Source of the DNA: a virus | DNA length: 33,243 nucleotides | Virus record (IMG/VR): IMGVR_UViG_3300045988_135825 | Location: 1 to 33,243 of that record | Reading direction: 5' to 3' (one strand) | Part shown: piece after piece, positions 8,315 to 16,194 of the stretch | Layout: each line of letters begins with the position of its first letter | How positions within the stretch are numbered: position 1 is the stretch's first letter | Notes under the pieces: generated by a model | Told to the model about the DNA's origin: nothing | The model's database searches: none | The model's input: the letters and a program-made list of their open reading frames with translations, nothing else | Translations under genes and position numbers: made by a program

Positions 8315-10246
8315 ATGACCGAAGAATATAAAAAAAATATATTGGCTTATTTGGTAGGGAAACTACCTCAAGAAGAAAAAAATGATATTCCTCAATTCAA
8401 TAATTGGGAAGTAAATAATAGTGGAATAAGAAGCCAAATAGCAAATAAATTAAATATTGCTTCTAATTTTGTAATTATATATAATAATTTATCTTCTAAT
8501 TCAAATGATTTAATATTAATATATGGAAGATATATAGAAAATAACAATAATAATCCTTTTGTTGCCATTATGTCAAAAGATGGTGTCATATTACAAGTTA
8601 TAACAACATTTTCTTCTGGTTCTAAATTGTTTAATATTGTTGGTATGCAAATAGATGATGATAATTCGATATATGCTGTAAGTAGTGAGATGGCTGATAA
8701 TGAAAAGACAGTTAGAGTTTTGTTTTTAAATAATATATTTCTAAGTAATTCAGAAAAAGGTACATTTTATATTAAAATTAAAAAAAGTTATATATGTCCC
8801 TTAGACTTTTGGATGGGGACAGTAAATCCTAGCAAATATAGAATAACAAAAGGAGATACTGACACTTATTTCCTTATTGGCTATCCGCAAACACAAGGCA
8901 GTAGCACATCAACAGCAATAGTAAAATTCAAAATTAATGCAGGAAGTGAAAATGAATGGAATAATTATACAATTGAAAATTCCGGTTTAGATAGAATTTT
9001 ATTTTCAACAAGCATCAATAAGATAAATGATAACATTTATTTTAGAATTTATGGTTTTGATTGGTTAAATGACAACCCACAATATTCAGAGTATTTATTA
9101 TCACCAGATGGCAATTTAATTTTGGAAAAGAGTATCAAATTTGAGTTTGAATTAAGTTATAGTGGATGTCAAGTTATGTATTGTTCAGAAAATAATAAAT
9201 TTCTCGCTATTCAAGATTTGACAAATAAAAGGAGTTTATTATATAATTTAAAAAATAGTGAATTAATTCAAATGGACACTTTAAATTGGTATGAATATAA
9301 TGAAGAAATAATAAGAGGTGGGTTTTACTTGCAAGAAATAAATAATACATTATTTGTCACAAAATTTTTAGTTAATAATACTACAGCACCTACTACTGAT
9401 ATATATCTAGGAATAATCAAAAATGGTATAGTTTATTATGAAAGTGAAACACAAAAAAGAAACAATAGTATGTTAAGTATAAGGGAAGATACTATAAGAA
9501 CAAGTACATATATATTAAATAATTTCAATTTGTTTGATATCTTTATAGAAAGTAATTATAATAATGATGTTGAAAATACCTATCTTAATAAAACATATCT
9601 TGTTTATAATAACAACAATTATAATGGTATTCCTTACACAAACATAAATAGCATGGTACCTAATCAAGGAATATTATATAGTAGTCAAAATAAACCGATA
9701 TTTGCACGAAATTTATATAATAAGGTAATTATTGGTAGAAGCACAAATAGTTCTATACAAGTACCAAATACATATTTAAATGATATTGTAATTAGTAAAC
9801 AAAATTTGCTTAGTGAAACTAATTCAACATTAATAAGTAATAATCAGACAATAACGAAGAATATATATGAAACATTAAATATAAACTTCATAAATACTTT
9901 GCAAATAAGAAATGATAATGATGAGACTAATCCTATGCTTAACCCAGTAGGGGCAAGTAGATTGAATAATAGTATATCAGAAACAACTGATTATGATAAT
10001 ACTAAAGCATTAAAAATAAAAATCAATTATGCAGATAACACTAATTATATACTTCAATTAAAAGAAAATCAAATTGATAAGATTAGTGATACAAGTTATA
10101 TGTATGACTTTGATATATACGCATCAAAGAGTATAACAAATATTCAAATAATAAGCAACGATGAAATTACAATTTATCAGACTATAACTTCAACATTTGA
10201 AGTAGGTAAATTATATAGCATTACTCAAATGGTGGAAATAGTATAA
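8315..10246 (+). CDS. Large Asn-rich tail tip protein, candidate receptor-binding or tail-associated protein (start corrected)
   Basis: ATG at 8315 follows taggaggtaaaaat. 643 aa. Second gene after the tape measure. I recognise no domain. Confidence 0.55.
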   Translation: MTEEYKKNILAYLVGKLPQEEKNDIPQFNNWEVNNSGIRSQIANKLNIASNFVIIYNNLSSNSNDLILIYGRYIENNNNNPFVAIMSKDGVILQVITTFSSGSKLFNIVGMQIDDDNSIYAVSSEMADNEKTVRVLFLNNIFLSNSEKGTFYIKIKKSYICPLDFWMGTVNPSKYRITKGDTDTYFLIGYPQTQGSSTSTAIVKFKINAGSENEWNNYTIENSGLDRILFSTSINKINDNIYFRIYGFDWLNDNPQYSEYLLSPDGNLILEKSIKFEFELSYSGCQVMYCSENNKFLAIQDLTNKRSLLYNLKNSELIQMDTLNWYEYNEEIIRGGFYLQEINNTLFVTKFLVNNTTAPTTDIYLGIIKNGIVYYESETQKRNNSMLSIREDTIRTSTYILNNFNLFDIFIESNYNNDVENTYLNKTYLVYNNNNYNGIPYTNINSMVPNQGILYSSQNKPIFARNLYNKVIIGRSTNSSIQVPNTYLNDIVISKQNLLSETNSTLISNNQTITKNIYETLNINFINTLQIRNDNDETNPMLNPVGASRLNNSISETTDYDNTKALKIKINYADNTNYILQLKENQIDKISDTSYMYDFDIYASKSITNIQIISNDEITIYQTITSTFEVGKLYSITQMVEIV

Positions 10247-10260
10247 AGGAGGGAGATAAT

Positions 10261-10829
10261 ATGGCTAAAATAACATTTGAAGACAAAGTGGCATTAAATG
10301 TTAATTCTGATATAGCAGATGTAAATAAGGTAAATGATAGTGATATGAACGAAATAAAAAATGTAGTTAATACAAATGATGATAACACTACTAATAATTA
10401 AATGCAATAGGAAATTTATCAAGTTTAAATACTACCAATAAAAATAATTTAGTAAGTGCAATAAATGAAGTTAATGATAATGATGTATTAAAAGGAACAT
10501 ATTCTACTAATGAAACAAGAATAGGAACTTGGATGGGAAAGCCATTATACAGAAAAGTATTAAGCACTATTGGACTTGCTGGTGAAACAAAAAAAGCAAT
10601 CGCTTACAATATAACAAACCCAGACAAAATCTGGATAGTTGGTGGTTTTGCATATTCTGACCGAAGAGTAGAAACATTGCCAATGGTTGGTTATAATGGC
10701 GATTTATCACAAAAAATTGATGTGTGGGTAGAAACAATAGAAAATGCAGTCAAATTATATTCTAATGGAGGTTGGGGTAATGATTGGACTTTCTATGTAA
10801 TTATAAATTATACAAAAACAACAGATTAA
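10261..10829 (+). pseudogene. Tail fibre / receptor-binding protein interrupted by a single-base frame disruption near 10398-10401
   Basis: Part 1 (10261..10401) encodes MAKITFEDKVALNVNSDIADVNKVNDSDMNEIKNVVNTNDDNTTNN then a stop. The -1 frame opens at 10398 and reads LNAIGNLSSLNTTNKNNLVSAINEV...TRIGTWMGKPLYRKV... to 10829. Both halves resemble one fibre family. One extra T in the TT at 10398-10399 would fuse them. Confidence 0.6.
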
Positions 10830-10841
10830 AAAGGAGGAAAT

Positions 10842-11048
10842 ATGAACGACACTATAATAGTAGCACTGATATCTTTTCTAGGTACTTGTATAGGTTCCTT
10901 TGCTGGAATGAATTTAATCAAGTATAGAATTAATCAACTTGAAAAAAAAGTAGAGAAACACAATACTGTAATAGAAAGAACTTATCGCCTAGAAGATGAT
11001 GTTAAGTATATAAATGAAGAAATTAGAGAATTGAAAGAGAGGTGTTAA
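10842..11048 (+). CDS. Small membrane protein with a coiled-coil tail, lysis-cassette associated (XhlA-like role possible)
   Basis: RBS aaaggaggaaat. N-terminal TM helix IIVALISFLGTCIGSFAGMNLI followed by a charged helix. Lies directly upstream of the holin. Confidence 0.5.
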   Translation: MNDTIIVALISFLGTCIGSFAGMNLIKYRINQLEKKVEKHNTVIERTYRLEDDVKYINEEIRELKERC

Positions 11049-11050
11049 GA

Positions 11051-11302
11051 ATGGAATTAAGTACATTAATAAGTTTAGTAACTATCATAGTAACTTGGGT
11101 ATTGGGTGTGATATCAAAGAAACATACTAAATTAAATAACAAATTAATACCAATGCAGAATATTGCAGTTGGATTGATAGTTGCTATTATCGAGTGGATA
11201 GTAACTAAAGATTTCAAAGTTGCTATTGCTTTAAGTGGAATAATTGCAGGCGGAACATATGACATATTCCATAATTTAGAGAAATTAATAAAAGGAGAGT
11301 AG
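11051..11302 (+). CDS. Holin
   Basis: 83 aa with two or three TM segments (LISLVTIIVTWVLGVI, IAVGLIVAIIEWIV, AIALSGIIAGG) and a charged C-terminus. Lies immediately upstream of the endolysin. Confidence 0.7.
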   Translation: MELSTLISLVTIIVTWVLGVISKKHTKLNNKLIPMQNIAVGLIVAIIEWIVTKDFKVAIALSGIIAGGTYDIFHNLEKLIKGE

Positions 11303-11307
11303 ATAAT

Positions 11308-12219
11308 ATGGTAAATATAATAAAAAGAATAGTACCAGAAAGTAAATGGGGAATAAAATGTCCTTATGAAATGACACCAACTAGAATAGTAGTACATAAT
11401 ACTGCTAATGATGCAACAGCAAGAAATGAAATAGCATATATGACAAATAATGACTATGAGACATCTTTTCACTATGCTGTTGATGACAAAGAAATAGTAC
11501 AAGGAATAGAAGAAAATAGAAATGGCTGGCACGCATCTGATGGCAATAGCAAAGGAAATAGAGAGGGAATAGCAATAGAAATATGTTATTCAAAATCTGG
11601 CGGAGATAGATTTATCAAAGCCGAACAAAATGCAGTTGACTTAATCGTTGACATATTAAAAAGATATGGTTGGGGAATTGATAGAGTAACAAAACATCAA
11701 GATTATGGAAATCATAAATATTGCCCACATCGTACACTAGATATGGGATGGGCTAGGTTCTTAAATATGATAAAGGCTAAATTAGAAGATAAACCTACTT
11801 CAAATGAAGTTAATGTTTATTACAGAGTTAAAACTCAAAAACATGGATGGCTTTCAGAAGTTAAAAACCTAGAAGATTATGCTGGCTGGGAGAATAGCTC
11901 TATAACTGGACTTGCTATAAGAGTAGATAAAGGTTCTATTAAATATAGAGTTCATATTAAAGGAAAAGGATGGTTGCCATTTGTTACTGGTTATGATATT
12001 AATAACTTTAACAATGGTTTTGCTGGTGATGGAGTAAATGCTATTGATTGTGTAGAATGCTATTACTATACCCCTAATAATATTAGACCATTCAAAAAAG
12101 CAAAATATAAAATTAATAATTACCCTTATCAATATGATAATGAAAAAATTAATTGTCAAGATGGCTATGCGGGAGTATATGGAGTTAGTGCTACTAAGTT
12201 TCAAATAACAATTGAATAA
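11308..12219 (+). CDS. Endolysin: N-acetylmuramoyl-L-alanine amidase (Amidase_2/PGRP type) with a C-terminal cell-wall-binding region
   Basis: Motifs RIVVHNTANDA, SFHYAVDD, GWHASDG, GIAIEICYS and HQDYGNHKYCPH are typical of Amidase_2 phage lysins. Confidence 0.85.
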   Translation: MVNIIKRIVPESKWGIKCPYEMTPTRIVVHNTANDATARNEIAYMTNNDYETSFHYAVDDKEIVQGIEENRNGWHASDGNSKGNREGIAIEICYSKSGGDRFIKAEQNAVDLIVDILKRYGWGIDRVTKHQDYGNHKYCPHRTLDMGWARFLNMIKAKLEDKPTSNEVNVYYRVKTQKHGWLSEVKNLEDYAGWENSSITGLAIRVDKGSIKYRVHIKGKGWLPFVTGYDINNFNNGFAGDGVNAIDCVECYYYTPNNIRPFKKAKYKINNYPYQYDNEKINCQDGYAGVYGVSATKFQITIE

Positions 12220-12232
12220 AGATATTAAGATA

Positions 12233-12532
12233 ATGCTTAAAATCTATAAAACAAAAGAAAGAGATTGGCTAGGCTATAAGATATATAGAAACACTCCATT
12301 AACAAGACATCATATATTTAAAAGGGTATATGGGGGAGATAATAATATATCTAATTATGCTTTATTAATAGAGAAATCTCATGAGGACTTGCATAAAATT
12401 GAAAGAATAGATTTGCAAGCATATAACGAATTAAATAATTCATTCAGAGAATTAAATGAAAGTATGCAACCTCCAAACGAAGAATATTACCAAAATATAG
12501 GTAAAATATTAAAGAGAGTTAAAAAAAATTAA
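12233..12532 (+). CDS. Small HNH-motif protein (start uncertain: TTG 12212 or ATG 12233)
   Basis: TRHHIFKRVYGGDNNISNYALLIEKSHEDLH fits an H-N-H spacing. No clear RBS for either start. Confidence 0.45.
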   Translation: MLKIYKTKERDWLGYKIYRNTPLTRHHIFKRVYGGDNNISNYALLIEKSHEDLHKIERIDLQAYNELNNSFRELNESMQPPNEEYYQNIGKILKRVKKN

Positions 12533-12543
12533 CTCTTTTTTCT
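12515..12543 (+). terminator. Intrinsic terminator closing the structural and lysis operon
   Basis: agagttaa (12515-12522) pairs with ttaactct (12529-12536) and is followed by a T-run. Confidence 0.7.
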
Positions 12544-12597
12544 TTATTTTATAAGGGTTTATAAAGAAAATGTAAAAAAAATAAAAAAAATTATTAA

Positions 12598-12633
12598 AAT
12601 GTATTGACAATTGTCAATACATTATGTTATAAT
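12598..12633 (+). promoter_or_regulatory. Early promoter overlapping a 26-bp perfect palindrome (operator-like)
   Basis: TTGACA (12604-12609), 18-nt spacer, TGtTATAAT (12625-12633). aatgtattgacaattgtcaatacatt (12598-12623) is a perfect inverted repeat. Confidence 0.7.
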
Positions 12634-12666
12634 AATATTGTAATTAAGGAAAGGAAGAGATGAAAA

Positions 12667-12864
12667 ATGAAAAGAGAAGAAATACTAAAAGAATTAAGAA
12701 AGATCGAATTAGAAAGAATTGAAATGGATATGTATGGTGGCGAAAAAGAAGAATACATAAAACTATGTGAAAAAGAAAAAGAATTAAGAGAAAAGTTATA
12801 TAATGCAGATTATAGAGAAATAACAAATAATGAAGTTAGAGATTTCATAAGAGTAGGATATTAA
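12667..12864 (+). CDS. Hypothetical early protein (65 aa, highly charged)
   Basis: RBS aaggaaaggaagag. First ORF after the early promoter. Confidence 0.55.
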   Translation: MKREEILKELRKIELERIEMDMYGGEKEEYIKLCEKEKELREKLYNADYREITNNEVRDFIRVGY

Positions 12865-12876
12865 GGAGGATAAATA

Positions 12877-13029
12877 ATGAAAAAAGAAATTAAGAAAGTT
12901 GAAAAATTAGTAAATAAAAAAGGTTATATACCAGTATTAAGTGGTAATGAGATAGTATTCATTTATAATAAGATGACTGGTAAAGAATATACACCTAAGT
13001 ATAGTTTAATGATTGGAGGTGAATTATAA
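12877..13029 (+). CDS. Hypothetical small protein (50 aa, below the ORF-track cutoff)
   Basis: RBS aaggagga 7 nt upstream. The stop overlaps the next ATG (taATG). Confidence 0.45.
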   Translation: MKKEIKKVEKLVNKKGYIPVLSGNEIVFIYNKMTGKEYTPKYSLMIGGEL

Positions 13030-13265
13030 TGAGAACATTAAAAGAAATTAAAGAATATTTAAAAAATGCAGAAACTGAAGAATTAGTTAGCAAAAGAGGA
13101 AATAAATATCAAGTAGTAAAAGTAAGCAAAAAAATATTAGATAGAATATTTGATTTCAAAAGTTTAAGAAAATCAATACATTCAATAGACAATAAATATA
13201 TATACCCAGTTGTATGGTTTGAAAAAGGCAAAAAAACAGAAGTAACAGTAATGGAGGAGAAATAA
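13029..13265 (+). CDS. Hypothetical protein (78 aa)
   Basis: RBS ggaggtg. Translationally coupled on both sides. Confidence 0.55.
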   Translation: MRTLKEIKEYLKNAETEELVSKRGNKYQVVKVSKKILDRIFDFKSLRKSIHSIDNKYIYPVVWFEKGKKTEVTVMEEK

Positions 13266-13351
13266 TGAAAAAGATAATTAAATGGTTAAGAGATAATTTA
13301 GATAGAGATTTATATGAATATTATGGAGTTAAGAAAGGAGAAAGAATATAA
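13265..13351 (+). CDS. Hypothetical micro-protein (28 aa)
   Basis: RBS ggaggag. taATG coupling at both ends. Confidence 0.35.
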   Translation: MKKIIKWLRDNLDRDLYEYYGVKKGERI

Positions 13352-13440
13352 TGAAAAGGTTTTTAAAAGAAAATAAAGGAGTAATTATATTTTATGCAGA
13401 ATTAGTTATAATTACATTAATAGTATTAAATAATTTATAG
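13351..13440 (+). CDS. Hypothetical small membrane peptide (29 aa)
   Basis: RBS aaaggag. Hydrophobic core VIIFYAELVIITLIVL. Confidence 0.35.
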   Translation: MKRFLKENKGVIIFYAELVIITLIVLNNL

Positions 13441-13455
13441 AAAGGAAGTGATAAG

Positions 13456-13629
13456 ATGATAAATAATGATGATATGATAAGAATAAGTTTATTAACATTA
13501 TTATCAATTGTAATTGGAGCAATAATTACTTATGTTGGGTTTACTTATAACAGATATGATGTTAATAGAGATGGAAAAGTAACATCTGCAGATTATGTAG
13601 AAATTAAAAATTATATAATGGAAAAATAA
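13456..13629 (+). CDS. Small membrane protein with a single dockerin/EF-hand-like Ca-binding repeat (57 aa)
   Basis: RBS aaaggaagtg. TM segment ISLLTLLSIVIGAIITYVGF followed by DVNRDGKVTSADYVEIKNYI, which matches the dockerin repeat pattern D-x-N-x-D-G-K-(V/I)-x-x-x-D. Confidence 0.5.
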   Translation: MINNDDMIRISLLTLLSIVIGAIITYVGFTYNRYDVNRDGKVTSADYVEIKNYIMEK

Positions 13630-13643
13630 AAAGGAGAATAAAG

Positions 13644-14288
13644 ATGAAAAAGAATAAAGAGGTAATGACTAGAAAAAGTTATAAAAGAAAAAAAGAAATA
13701 AACAAGGCTTGGGTTAAGGTTAAAAAAGTTTTGATAATATTTTTTATAGGTTTTATGTGTGGACTTGTATATAGCAACCTATTTATAGGCTCAGATTTAA
13801 TTGCTAAAGCAGAAACAAGTGAAAACAAGAAAGTAATACAAACAGACCAAGAAGAGGAAAAACCTCTTAAATCGCAGAAAAATGCCGAATTAGAGAGTTT
13901 AGAAAAAGTAGAAGGATTATCAAATGAGTGTACTTTAGATGAAGTATCTTGCAAAATCAAGAAAGTAGCACAAGATTATGGTGTTGATTGGAGGTTAGCA
14001 GTTGCTATATCAATGCATGAAACAGGCAAATATACATCAGTAGCATTTAATGATAATAATAATGTAGGTGGCAACTTTAGAAATGGCTCATTAATGGTAT
14101 TTGAAGATTTAGATAAAGGAATTGATTTCTTTATAAGTAATTTAAAAAATAACTACATTGATATAGGGCTTGACTCTATTGAATTAATACAACCTAAATA
14201 TTGTCCTATTGGAATTAATGATAATGGTGATAATAAATATTGGGTTAGTGGTGTTACAAAATATTATAAAGAATTAGGAGGGAAATAA
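13644..14288 (+). CDS. Membrane-anchored glucosaminidase-family (LytD/FlgJ-like) peptidoglycan hydrolase domain protein
   Basis: RBS aaaggag. N-terminal TM VLIIFFIGFMCGLVYSNLFIG. The C-terminal DWRLAVAISMHETGKYTSVAFNDNNNVGG resembles the Glucosaminidase domain core (..ESG.G.S.....NN.fG). Confidence 0.55.
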   Translation: MKKNKEVMTRKSYKRKKEINKAWVKVKKVLIIFFIGFMCGLVYSNLFIGSDLIAKAETSENKKVIQTDQEEEKPLKSQKNAELESLEKVEGLSNECTLDEVSCKIKKVAQDYGVDWRLAVAISMHETGKYTSVAFNDNNNVGGNFRNGSLMVFEDLDKGIDFFISNLKNNYIDIGLDSIELIQPKYCPIGINDNGDNKYWVSGVTKYYKELGGK

Positions 14289-14560
14289 TGGAAGAATTTA
14301 AATTGCAGTTCTACTTCAATTTATATAAAAATACTTCTATGGATAGTAGAAATGATTTCAGAGCAAAGTTTCATAAGAGACATGGGGAGTTTCGTTATTT
14401 AAATGAATTGATAAGGATGATAGAAAATTATCAAATAAAAACATTTGGTTGCACTTTACACGAGGAATATAATAGCAGACTAAAGCAACAGACAAATGCC
14501 TACCTAAGAGGAAGAGAAAGAAAGAAATCAAATGGAAGGAGGTGGAGAAATTATGAATAA
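14288..14560 (+). CDS. Hypothetical basic protein (90 aa)
   Basis: taATG coupling with the previous gene. Confidence 0.5.
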   Translation: MEEFKLQFYFNLYKNTSMDSRNDFRAKFHKRHGEFRYLNELIRMIENYQIKTFGCTLHEEYNSRLKQQTNAYLRGRERKKSNGRRWRNYE

Positions 14561-14759
14561 TGTTTATATCAATTTAAAAGATTTCTATGGTTATAATATA
14601 AAAAAAATATTTGGAAATCAAGATTTAGTATCTATTGAAGAGTTAATTGATAAATTAGAAGAATATGTAGATGTAATTGAAGAAAAAGAAGAAGAAATTG
14701 AAGATTTAAAAGAATATAAAAATCAATATTGTGAACTATACGACCAATATTGTAGATAG
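14553..14759 (+). CDS. Hypothetical acidic protein (68 aa, start corrected)
   Basis: ATG at 14553 follows ggaaggaggtggag. Confidence 0.5.
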   Translation: MNNVYINLKDFYGYNIKKIFGNQDLVSIEELIDKLEEYVDVIEEKEEEIEDLKEYKNQYCELYDQYCR

Positions 14760-14767
14760 GAGATAAT

Positions 14768-14923
14768 ATGAGAAAGAAAACAAAAACAAAAGTATTAAAC
14801 ATTAGGCTTTCTGAATGGGAGTTTAATGAATTAGAAAAAGCAACAAAGATGACAGGCCAAAGTAAGACCTCGTTCTTAGTAATGGCTATGCTTGAAAAAA
14901 TACAAAGAATAGGAGGTAAATAA
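14768..14923 (+). CDS. Ribbon-helix-helix (CopG/Arc-like) DNA-binding protein (51 aa, not in the ORF track)
   Basis: RBS taggag. KVLNIRLSEWEFNELEKATKMTGQSKTSFLVMAMLEKI has the beta-strand plus two-helix RHH pattern. Confidence 0.5.
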   Translation: MRKKTKTKVLNIRLSEWEFNELEKATKMTGQSKTSFLVMAMLEKIQRIGGK

Positions 14924-15207
14924 TGGAATATAATATTAAATTAAGTAAAGGAAAAATAAATATAAATGGTAAAGATTATGATATACCTAGAGAAGTAGCA
15001 GAGTTTATCATTTATGAGACTAGTACTAGAGATGATATAATACAAACAAGAGATGTATATAAAAGAACAATAGATAAAGCAATAGAATATGTTTCTAATA
15101 AGAAAGCAATTATTAATACTGATGTAATAAAAATATTTGATTTATTTGAAATTGATGAGCAAGGTTATACAAATGAATTATTAAATATATTAAAGGTGGT
15201 GAGATAA
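14923..15207 (+). CDS. Hypothetical protein (94 aa)
   Basis: RBS aggaggt. taATG coupling. Confidence 0.5.
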   Translation: MEYNIKLSKGKININGKDYDIPREVAEFIIYETSTRDDIIQTRDVYKRTIDKAIEYVSNKKAIINTDVIKIFDLFEIDEQGYTNELLNILKVVR

Positions 15208-15563
15208 TGTTAAGAAATAGTAAACCTAAAATAACACATTTGACAGAAGAAACAATGAAATTATTAAATGATATGGGTTTTAGTAAATATTATGATAGCA
15301 TGCATAGACCTGTTGAAATAAATTCAAAATCATTTTATAAAAGTTATAGTTGCTGTGGCGGCAGTTTTGATTTATCAATAAATTTAGAAAGATGTTGTTT
15401 TTGTGGAACTGAAATATACCCCTATGTTCAAATAAAAACACCTTATAATAGTTGGTGGTGTGATAGTTGGAATATAGCAGAGTTTACAAAAGATATGGAA
15501 AAATTTCAAAAAGAATTAGCAGAAGATTTAAAAATATTAAGAAAAAATGGAATTATTAGATAG
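15207..15563 (+). CDS. Hypothetical Cys-rich protein (118 aa)
   Basis: taATG coupling. Contains CCGG...CCFCG cysteine clusters. Confidence 0.5.
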   Translation: MLRNSKPKITHLTEETMKLLNDMGFSKYYDSMHRPVEINSKSFYKSYSCCGGSFDLSINLERCCFCGTEIYPYVQIKTPYNSWWCDSWNIAEFTKDMEKFQKELAEDLKILRKNGIIR

Positions 15564-15584
15564 AAAGTAGAGAGTGATGAGTAA

Positions 15585-16055
15585 ATGGAAGAAAAATTAT
15601 TTTTATTTAACCCTTTTAACATAAAAAGGATAAATGAAAAAGAACTTGCTAGTATGTATCAAGAAGTATTTAAAAATATTGTTGATGAACCTAATTCAAT
15701 GTATCAATATGCACAAAATGTAGAAGTTTATTCTAATCTTAATTACATAATAGGAGAGGTAATAGCGAGATTAACCAAAGACATAATAGAGTTGAAAACA
15801 CAAATAGAAATAGATAGTGCGATAAAGACAACTGAGGAAAGAAAGAATTGGGATACCGAAAGAGATGGTAAAGCACCCGCTATGGCTTATTTTGAGGCTC
15901 TAGGAACTCGTTTCTGCAAAGATAGTATAAATAGACTAGCAGATAAAGAATGCTCGTTAAAAAGGTTTAAAAATGCTTATACAAGTACAGAAAATAAAAT
16001 TAATGCTCTAAAAAAGAAAATGGAAAGTATAAAGTTTGAAGAATTTAATAATTGA
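15585..16055 (+). CDS. Hypothetical protein (156 aa)
   Basis: Long ORF ending just before the 16058 promoter. Confidence 0.5.
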   Translation: MEEKLFLFNPFNIKRINEKELASMYQEVFKNIVDEPNSMYQYAQNVEVYSNLNYIIGEVIARLTKDIIELKTQIEIDSAIKTTEERKNWDTERDGKAPAMAYFEALGTRFCKDSINRLADKECSLKRFKNAYTSTENKINALKKKMESIKFEEFNN

Positions 16056-16057
16056 TA

Positions 16058-16086
16058 TTGATTTATTTAAAAAAATAATATATAAT
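16058..16086 (+). promoter_or_regulatory. Promoter upstream of the replication module
   Basis: TTGATT (16058-16063), 17-nt spacer, TATAAT (16081-16086). Confidence 0.6.
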
Positions 16087-16091
16087 TAATA

Positions 16092-16171
16092 TAGGCATGA
16101 AGAAGAAAAGATTTGATGATGGGTAGGTACTTCATGCCTAAATAAACCTACTTATCATCAAGTCTTTTTTT
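16092..16171 (+). promoter_or_regulatory. Leader with mutually exclusive hairpins: candidate antiterminator (1:3) and intrinsic terminator (2:4 plus T7)
   Basis: Segment 1 taggcatgaag (16092-16102) pairs perfectly with segment 3 cttcatgccta (16130-16140). Segment 2 (16110-16128) pairs over 19 bp (3 G-U) with segment 4 (16146-16164), followed by ttttttt (16165-16171). The two helices interleave. Confidence 0.6.
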
Positions 16172-16194
16172 CATAGCCTAGAAAGAGGTATAAA

